In this document: positions 57,066 through 64,000 of the stretch, piece by piece | Numbering within the stretch: the first letter of the stretch is position 1 | Layout of the letters: every line of letters starts with the position of its first letter | IMG/VR virus record: IMGVR_UViG_3300031229_000002 | Span: 7,797 to 71,796 of that record | Origin: a virus | DNA: 64,000 nucleotides | Strand: one strand, 5' to 3' | The notes under the pieces: generated by a model | The model's database searches: none | Told to the model about the DNA's origin: nothing | Seen by the model: the letters and a program-made list of their open reading frames with translations, nothing else | Translations under genes and position numbers: made by a program

Positions 57066-57691
57066 GTACACCCGCCCTGTTCGACCTCACCCCGCAGGTT
57101 CCGGCCGCCACACCGGCGCCCGGACCCCGGCCCCTCGTCATCGCCCTGGACGCCGCAACCATCGTCACCGGCACCGCAGGCGTCGGCTGGACCGACTACG
57201 TCCACGCCCCCGCCAAAAACCTCCACGAACGCTTCGCCCAACAACTCGACGGCTGCGCCACCTTCTACCGCCACGCCGACTACGTCGTCATCGAAGGCGC
57301 CGCATTCTCCAAAAACAACACCGGCGCCGACGCCCTGGCCGCCATGCGGTGGATGCTCCGCCAAGACCTGTGGAAACGCGGCATCCCCTACGCCGTCATC
57401 AACCCGCAGTCCCGCAACGTGTACGCCACCGGCAAGAGCCGCCCCGTCCCTACGACAGTGCCGAAGAACAAGCGGTACGACGTCGGCAAAGCCATGATCC
57501 GCGACGCCGTCCACCAGCGGTACGGGCTGCTGACCGAGGGCAAACACCGCTACGACCAGAGCGACGCCTACATCCTCCTCGCTCTCGGCCTCCACTCCCT
57601 CGGCCACGTCCTCGCGGAGGTGCCAGAGGCGTGGGCAGCCCAGGCGCTACGCGGGGTGCAGTGGCACAACCTCCCGGCGGTGGCCCGATGA
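57062..57691 (+). CDS. RuvC-like Holliday junction resolvase
   Basis: VIALD, VVIEG, YATGK, DQSDA. Confidence 0.7.
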   Translation: MSTPALFDLTPQVPAATPAPGPRPLVIALDAATIVTGTAGVGWTDYVHAPAKNLHERFAQQLDGCATFYRHADYVVIEGAAFSKNNTGADALAAMRWMLRQDLWKRGIPYAVINPQSRNVYATGKSRPVPTTVPKNKRYDVGKAMIRDAVHQRYGLLTEGKHRYDQSDAYILLALGLHSLGHVLAEVPEAWAAQALRGVQWHNLPAVAR

Positions 57692-58053
57692 CCGCCCTCA
57701 CCCTCTTCGACCTCACCGACCTCACGCCCACGGATGTCGAGGACTGCTCCCACTGCGACGCACCCGCCACAACCCGAGTCCACGCCGCCACCAACCTCCT
57801 CGGCACCGTCCCCGCATACCTCGGCCCAACCCGATACCGGCACCTCCAACCCATCACCTCCCGCCCGTGCTGCGATCGCTGCGCCTGGAATCTCGCCGTC
57901 GCCTGGTGGAGCCCCGTCTACGCCTGCCCCCACACAGGCGTGTGCTTCGTATGGCTCCGCACGCTCGCGGACCCGCGCCCGGAACTGGACTGCCGGCGGC
58001 ATCACCGGGAGGACACCGTCGTATGGCGGACCCCGATCGGGGGCGCGGCATGA
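57688..58053 (+). CDS. Hypothetical Cys-rich protein
   Basis: CSHC...CCDRC; coupled. Confidence 0.5.
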   Translation: MTALTLFDLTDLTPTDVEDCSHCDAPATTRVHAATNLLGTVPAYLGPTRYRHLQPITSRPCCDRCAWNLAVAWWSPVYACPHTGVCFVWLRTLADPRPELDCRRHHREDTVVWRTPIGGAA

Positions 58054-58352
58054 AGCTCGTCAACGCCTACCCCGACACCCTCGAACCCGGCCGCGCCTGG
58101 CTGAAACAAGCCGCATGCCGCACCGAAGGCGTCGACCCGGAGTGGTTCTACCCGGACAACAACGTCCACGGCATCGAACGCGCCCGCGCCATCTGCAAGC
58201 CGTGCCCCGTACGCCGCCTCTGCCTCATGGACTGCCTGCGCCATGAGGGCGGCCGGTCGTCGGTGTCCCGCTGGGGTGTGTACGCAGGCCTCACCCCACG
58301 GCAGCGGGTGCGCCTGTACCAGAAGCTCCGCGACCTGGGCAGGCGACCATGA
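58050..58352 (+). CDS. WhiB-family transcription factor
   Basis: WLKQAAC...DPEWFYP...ICKPCPVRRLC...WGVYAGLT. Confidence 0.85.
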   Translation: MKLVNAYPDTLEPGRAWLKQAACRTEGVDPEWFYPDNNVHGIERARAICKPCPVRRLCLMDCLRHEGGRSSVSRWGVYAGLTPRQRVRLYQKLRDLGRRP

Positions 58353-59390
58353 CCGGCCCGCGCCAGAACCGCGCCTGCGACGTGCCGAGCTTCCCCCACG
58401 GCCTGAAGCGCGCCCGACCGTACCCGTGCGGCTGGCTCTGCGACCGCCACACACCCCGCGCCCTCCAAGGACTGCCCGAAATCGCAACCGGACCCGGCAA
58501 GCCAGCCGGCGCCTGGTCGACCTTCAGCCCGCTGTCTGCATCCCGCATCGCCGACGAACGCGCCATCGCCTCGGGGAAGCGGCGCTCCAGCCCCGAGGCG
58601 TACCGGGCCGCGCAGCAGGCGGTGCATCGAACCACCTGACCCTCCGAACCGGCGGCCGGCCCGAACCCCCACGCGCCGACCGCCACCCGGGGCCAGCCCA
58701 CTTCCCCCCGAAGGGCTGGCCCCGGGACCCACAAACCCAGCACCAACCAGAAAGGCAACCAGCCCACATGGATCACATCGACGCCGACGTCAAATTCGAC
58801 AGCAAAGTCCTCACCGACGTCGCCGAAGCCCTCGAACCCCACGCCACCGAAATGTTCAAGCAGCGCCGCGGACGGTGGATGGCCGTCGTCGAGCTCTCCC
58901 ACGTCGAGCGCGTCGAGCCCGGCCCCGACGAGGACAAGCAGCCCGCGGTGAAGGTGCGGGTGACGGGCATCGAGGTGGCGGCCGACGAGATCACCGGCGG
59001 CCGACTCCGCGGCCTGCAACGGGAGATGTACGACCGCCGCACCGCCGACGGAACCCTCTTCGAGGGCGACGAGGCACAAAGCGCGTGAGGCCTCGGCCGA
59101 GCACAAACGGAGCGTCGCGCCGGTCATGCGACCGGTGCGACGCCCCCGTGCTGCGCCAAACAACCGACGTGCCGTGGGTGGTGACGGTCGACGAGGAACG
59201 CCGTACGCCCGCCGAAGCCGCGAAGCTCACCGGCCCGAACCGGCTCGCCTGGTGCCTCCGCGAAAGCAAGTGGACCGGGATGCGACTCGTCGAAGTACTG
59301 CCATCCCACAACCGGGAGTGCCCGCACGCCCACCTCATCGCGCACGAATGCCCGCCAGACACACCGCAAATACCGGGGGCGCTGTGGTGA
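58349..59390 (+). CDS. Hypothetical proteins (58349-58639, 58768-59088, 59085-59390)
   Basis: Coupling/RBS; Cys/His motifs. Confidence 0.55.
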
Positions 59391-59392
59391 CG

Positions 59393-59590
59393 CTACTTCT
59401 CCAGGGACTCCAGCCGGCCCCGGTCTTCCAGGGCGCGCTCGTAGAACTCGGGCGATACGAGCACGGCTTGGGGCTTCTCACGACGCGTGAGCACGACGCG
59501 TTGCCCGAGCAGACGCACCTTCGCAATGACCTCGGTGAGGTTGGCGCGAGCCTCGGACACTCCCATGCGCACTTCGTCGGACGTAGCCAT
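59393..59590 (-). CDS. Solo Phd/YefM antitoxin-like protein
   Basis: GVSEARANLTEVI...VVLTRREKPQAVLVS; TATCCT 6 nt before ATG. Confidence 0.8.
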   Translation of the reverse strand: MATSDEVRMGVSEARANLTEVIAKVRLLGQRVVLTRREKPQAVLVSPEFYERALEDRGRLESLEK

Positions 59591-59731
59591 GCGCTCAGGA
59601 TACACACCCGACCAGCATGTAAGTCCGTCGCGTTGTACAATTCATGGACTGGTGGGACGCCGGAGATACCGCCCTGATCAGCCAATTCCCCTTGCCCCGA
59701 CCCCACCAACCCGCACCGAGGAGACCCGCCC

Positions 59732-61549
59732 GTGGACAACGTCCGCCACATGCCGCGCGACCAGGCGGACCAGGACGGCCTCACACGCGCCAGCCCTCAC
59801 GACGCCGAGGCCGAAGAACTGGTCATCGGCGCCGTCATGCACTCCGCGCAGGCCTACAACGAGTGCGCCCTCGTCATCACCCGCGACGACTTCTACCGGC
59901 CCGCCCACCAACTCATCTGGGACGTCGTCGCCGGGCTCGTCGCCACGAACACCCCGCCCCACCCCGTACTCGTCCGCGCCGAGATCGAGAAACAGAACCA
60001 GCTTCACCGCGTCGACAACGGCAACCTCATCATCCGTCTGGGCTCCGAAACCCTGCCCGCCACCATGGCGCAGAGCTTCGCCCATCAAGTCGCCGAGGTC
60101 GCCCGCGCCCGCCGTTACGACGCTCACTCCACCGCGCTGAAAGCCGCCATCGACCGCAAAGCCGACGGCGATGAACTCGCCGCGCTGGTCGCCGACTTCC
60201 AGCAGGCCGAGCAACTCCGCGAGAACACCGGCCGCGGCCCCGCCCACCTCGTCGCCAGCCTGCTCAACTGGGACGCCTTCTTCACCACCGACTTCGGTGC
60301 CATCCAGCTGCTTCCCGGCAAGCTCATGGGCCCTGGTCAGCAGATCACCCTCGTCGGCGACGGCAAGGCCGGCAAGTCCCTGTTCACGCAGGAGTGGATG
60401 TGGCGCATGGCCACCGGCCAGGGCTTCCTCGGCGACAAACCACAGGACCCGGTGCCGGTGCTCTACCTCGATGCGGAGAACGGGCAGGAACAGGTACAGG
60501 AGCGCTTCCTGTCCTTCGGTGCCGGGCCGCGCGCCATGGGCGATCTCAAGTACGCCTCGTTCCCGCCCATCCGCCCCCTCGACACCGCGGGCGGCGGCGC
60601 CGACCTCCTCGCCCTGGCGAAAGCCATCGGCGCCGAACTCGTCGTCATCGACACCGTGTCCCGCTTCATCTCCGGCCCGGAGAACGACGCCGACACGTGG
60701 CTCAACCTCTACCGGCACACCCTCCTGCCGATGAAGCGGGACCGCATCGCGTCCGTACGCCTCGACCACTTCGGCAAGGACAAGGACCGCGGAGGCCGCG
60801 GCTCCTCCGCGAAGACACAGGACGTCGACCACGTGTGGGAACTGTCCGCGCAGGGCGGCGGCGCCCTCGTACTCAAGCGCACCCACACCCGTACCGGCAT
60901 CGGCCCCGACAACTTCTCCATCGTCCGCCAGGCCCGCCGCGACGGCGACAACTGGGCCCTCGGCGGCACCCGTCACGTCCTCATGACGTACGAGAACGAA
61001 CCGGTTAACGGCATGGCCGCCATACCCGGAACCGACGAGTACATCATCGCCGCGCTGAACCGCGCCGGGGTGCCGCTCGATGCCGGGAACCGGGTCGTGA
61101 AAGCCAAGCTCGCCGACCTCCAGATCCCGGCCGGATCCGACAAGGTCAGCCGCGTCGTCAAGATCCGCCAAAACCAGGCCAAAGCAGACGACGCCAACGT
61201 TCCCCCGGGACGTTCCCCCGACCCGTTCCCGGAGACGTTCCCCGGGAACGTTCCCCGGAACGCATCACAGGAGCATAACGCCGCAGGTCAAACGTTCCCC
61301 GGTAACGCGGAGGGAACGTCAGGAACGCCCCCCGTTCCCCCCGTCCCTCCCTCACATGTGAGGGACGGGGAGGGAACACCCGCACCACAGGACTCAGACG
61401 AAGCCCTCTGCACCGTCTGCGAGACACCCCTCACCGGCTACCGACTCGACCGCGGCTACGAGACGCATCTCGGCTGCGACCCCGAAACCGGCAGCCACCC
61501 CGACCGCCCCACCCACGGCCACGAAGACGCCCACCACGGCGCCGCATAG
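59732..61549 (+). CDS. Replicative helicase/initiator: DnaB N-terminal domain + RecA-like AAA_25 ATPase
   Basis: PHDAEAEELVIG...DDFYRPAHQLIW; GDGKAGKS; LYLDAEN; VVIDT; LDHFGK; RGSSAK. Confidence 0.85.
   Translation: MDNVRHMPRDQADQDGLTRASPHDAEAEELVIGAVMHSAQAYNECALVITRDDFYRPAHQLIWDVVAGLVATNTPPHPVLVRAEIEKQNQLHRVDNGNLIIRLGSETLPATMAQSFAHQVAEVARARRYDAHSTALKAAIDRKADGDELAALVADFQQAEQLRENTGRGPAHLVASLLNWDAFFTTDFGAIQLLPGKLMGPGQQITLVGDGKAGKSLFTQEWMWRMATGQGFLGDKPQDPVPVLYLDAENGQEQVQERFLSFGAGPRAMGDLKYASFPPIRPLDTAGGGADLLALAKAIGAELVVIDTVSRFISGPENDADTWLNLYRHTLLPMKRDRIASVRLDHFGKDKDRGGRGSSAKTQDVDHVWELSAQGGGALVLKRTHTRTGIGPDNFSIVRQARRDGDNWALGGTRHVLMTYENEPVNGMAAIPGTDEYIIAALNRAGVPLDAGNRVVKAKLADLQIPAGSDKVSRVVKIRQNQAKADDANVPPGRSPDPFPETFPGNVPRNASQEHNAAGQTFPGNAEGTSGTPPVPPVPPSHVRDGEGTPAPQDSDEALCTVCETPLTGYRLDRGYETHLGCDPETGSHPDRPTHGHEDAHHGAA
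61196..61345. repeat. CGTTCCC direct/inverted repeats (putative replication-origin iterons)
   Basis: About 7 CGTTCCC copies plus inverted GGAACG copies in 150 bp. Confidence 0.65.
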
Positions 61550-61557
61550 GAGACCCC

Positions 61558-61827
61558 ATGACCACCCAGCAGCAGCGAACCGACGCCCGCCACGCCGCCA
61601 CGGAACTCACCCTCCACCGCCTCACCAACACCCAACCCGGCGCCATCTACGACGAGATCGTCCGCCTCTGCGCTGGCCGCGGCATCGAACCCCTCGCAGC
61701 CATGACCATCCACCTCGCCGACGCCATGGCCGCCGTCCTCATCAAGGACTGCGGCACCCGCGAAGAAGCCATCGCAGCCCTCCAGCAGCAGCTCGCCGAG
61801 ACCGACACCGAGCGGAGCGCCAAGTGA
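61558..61827 (+). CDS. Hypothetical protein
   Basis: AGGAG RBS. Confidence 0.55.
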   Translation: MTTQQQRTDARHAATELTLHRLTNTQPGAIYDEIVRLCAGRGIEPLAAMTIHLADAMAAVLIKDCGTREEAIAALQQQLAETDTERSAK

Positions 61828-62495
61828 CCATCCAGGCCATTGAGACCCGCTACGCCGGCCACCACTTCCGGTCCCGCCTCGAAGCACGCTGGGCCGTCTT
61901 TCTCAACGCGCTCGGCATCAAGTGGGAGTACGAACCCCAGGGCTACACCGTCGGCCCCAACAAGATCCCGTACCTGCCGGACTTCTACCTGCCCGACCTC
62001 AAGGTCGCCGTCGAGGTCAAGGGCGACAGCGAGCGCCTCAGCCTCAACCTCCTCGCCGACTTCCTCGAGGGCAGTCGCGACGCCCACACCGTGCTCGTCC
62101 TCGGCAGCATCCCCAAGGAGGAACAGCGCGGCACTCCCACCCACCTGCTCCTGTACCGGGCCTTCGATATCCGGCCCGACCCCATCACCGTCGAGCGGAT
62201 CAACGAGTTCGGGCCCGTCATAGACAAGCTGGACGCCGAGGACCGCAACATCGTCAACCGGTTCGCGCGCGACCGAGGGCGCCCGACCGTCGCCATGACG
62301 CAGGCCGCGTTCTTCTACGGGAAGGGCCCTTTCATCAGCCCGCTCGGGATCATGCCGTCGCTGCCGAACACGGGCGTCATCGAACCGCTGTCGCCGCCGA
62401 TCATGCCCACGCTGGCCTACCCGAAGGTGCAGCAGGCGTACGAGGCCGCCCGCTCGGCCCGCTTCGAGCACGGCGAGACGTCAGCCCCCGCCTGA
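61824..62495 (+). CDS. PD-(D/E)XK endonuclease
   Basis: FRSRLEARWA, WEYEPQ, YLPDF, VEVKG. Confidence 0.8.
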   Translation: MTIQAIETRYAGHHFRSRLEARWAVFLNALGIKWEYEPQGYTVGPNKIPYLPDFYLPDLKVAVEVKGDSERLSLNLLADFLEGSRDAHTVLVLGSIPKEEQRGTPTHLLLYRAFDIRPDPITVERINEFGPVIDKLDAEDRNIVNRFARDRGRPTVAMTQAAFFYGKGPFISPLGIMPSLPNTGVIEPLSPPIMPTLAYPKVQQAYEAARSARFEHGETSAPA

Positions 62496-62547
62496 CCCGC
62501 CCGCCCCAAACGATCCCTAACGCGCGCGACCCAACCGAGAGGCGCCC

Positions 62548-63060
62548 ATGACCAACCCCCAAGCACAAGACGACGAAGCCGCCCGCTTCTGGGCCAAGGC
62601 AGACAAGACCAACACCTGCTGGCTCTGGACAGCCGCCATGGCCCGAGGTGGCTACGGCTCCTTCAGTAGCGGGATCCACGGACGCACTTACCGCGCCCAC
62701 CGCTACGCCTACGAGCTCACCAACGGGCCGATCCCGGACGGCCTGTACCTCGACCACACCTGTCACAACGAGGACCCGACATGCCTGGGCGGGGACGACT
62801 GCCAGCACCGGCGTTGCGTGAACCCTGCGCACTTGGAGGCGGTCACTCCGCGCGAGAACTCCCTGCGCGGGTCGGCCACAGCCGCAGTCAACGCCGCCAA
62901 GACGCACTGCGTGAACGGCCACGAGTTCACCCCGGAGAACACGCACCACATAAAGCCGTCCAGGACCCAGCCGAACGGCGCCCGTCGCTGCCGCGCTTGC
63001 CGGCGGGCGGCGCAGAGCCGCTTCAGGTTGAAGCGTCAAGCGGCGACGGCCTCCGCCTGA
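62548..63060 (+). CDS. HNH endonuclease
   Basis: CWLW, GYG, AHRYAY, LDHTC...CVNPAHLE..T..EN, THCVNGH, CRAC. Confidence 0.9.
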   Translation: MTNPQAQDDEAARFWAKADKTNTCWLWTAAMARGGYGSFSSGIHGRTYRAHRYAYELTNGPIPDGLYLDHTCHNEDPTCLGGDDCQHRRCVNPAHLEAVTPRENSLRGSATAAVNAAKTHCVNGHEFTPENTHHIKPSRTQPNGARRCRACRRAAQSRFRLKRQAATASA

Positions 63061-63106
63061 CCCCACCCGCCCACCACACCCACCCCAACGCCACGAAGGA
63101 ACCGCC

Positions 63107-63837
63107 ATGACCACCGCACCACGCACCCACACCCCCGACCGCGCCAACGACGACGGCTCCACCACGATCAAGCTGAAGCGCGCCTGCAACGGCTGCGGCC
63201 AGCTGCTCGGCGACCGGGACATCACCGACCACGGCGGCCTCACCGACGTCCGCGCCGAATGCCCCAACTGCGCCCCGCTCGTCGAGCTGGAGGCCGCGGG
63301 CTGCCGCACCTGGCAGCTCACCCTCCGGAACGTCCACGGCGTCGACCACGAACTCGACCGCCTCGACGTCTTCGCCAAGGGCTACACCCAGTACGTCGAT
63401 GACCGCCTGCGCCTCGTTGGCCTGCGCGTCGGGGAGCGCCCCAACCACGTCGTTGCCCGCTTCGGCGACTGGCTCGTGATGCACCCCGACGGCCACTTCA
63501 CCGTCCACGCCGCGCCCGCCGCCATCCCCGCCTGATGTCCGGTTCCGTCCGGCCCGCACACACCCAGGAGCAGCACATGACCCTCGCCGAACTCCGCCGC
63601 CAGCTCGACGCCCTCAGCCACCTGCCCGGCGACACCCCGGTGATCCTCGCCAACTCCGCCGAAGGCAACGGCTTCAGCCCGCTACACCTCGCCGTCGACG
63701 GCATGTACGAGGCACACAACCGTTTCACCGGCCAGTGGTACGCCACCGACGAACAACGAGCCGCCGCCAACGACGGCGAGTGGGACGAAGCCCCCGACCG
63801 CGCAGTGCCCGCGGTGTTCCTGTGGCCGACGAGCTGA
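63107..63837 (+). CDS. Two hypothetical proteins (63107-63535 zinc ribbon; 63577-63837)
   Basis: RBSs; CNGC...CPNC; EGNGFSPL. Confidence 0.6.
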
Positions 63838-63852
63838 GCCCGCACGCACGAA

Positions 63853-63885
63853 CCGGCCGCCGCTGCTCGAACCAGCGGCGGCCGG
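63853..63885 (+). terminator. 13-bp stem-loop
   Basis: CCGGCCGCCGCTG-N7-CAGCGGCGGCCGG. Confidence 0.6.
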
Positions 63886-64000
63886 CCCGATTCCATCACG
63901 AACCCAGGAGCCACACCGTGACCGAGACACCCGACCGCACGACCGCCTTCTACGACGCCATCGCCGCGTTCCAGCGCACGCACCGGCTGCCGGGTTTGCA

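Noticed and set aside
6392-63065. Recurrent GCCTGACC at gene ends
   Set aside because: Explained by Ala codon + TGA + C-rich context; too short to support a function.
1-64000. tRNA, rRNA, reverse transcriptase/DGR or IS transposase
   Set aside because: None recognised by eye; a tRNAscan/Infernal run would be needed to exclude small RNAs.

Overview
This GC-rich window reads throughout as a temperate actinobacterial (Streptomyces-type) siphophage. An apparently intact attP sits next to a central serine integrase, with phage genes on both sides, so the sequence is probably the free or excised form. Gene order: TraB-like (FtsK) conjugation module; small accessory genes; TerS; nucleotide-sugar/glycosyltransferase/methyltransferase cluster; TerL; an antisense cassette; intein-containing portal; head, tail and lysis genes; intein-containing glycosyltransferase; XRE regulators; integrase/attP; repressor-cro switch; early recombination and replication genes. 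The most notable element is the antisense cassette at 14500-16810. It contains an orphan RAMP/Cas7(Csm3)-like gene, an unknown 182-aa gene and, between them, a ~930-bp non-coding array. The array has 20 complete units with unrelated sequences, each a GTC anchor plus 6-11 pentamers carrying a fixed G every 5 nt (most unit lengths are 5n+3). This suggests a non-CRISPR, phage-encoded RNA-guided system. A conserved promoter-like motif (CCGGAATGATC-N16-[-10]) recurs 8 times ahead of late genes. All family calls come from motif recognition by eye; no searches were run.
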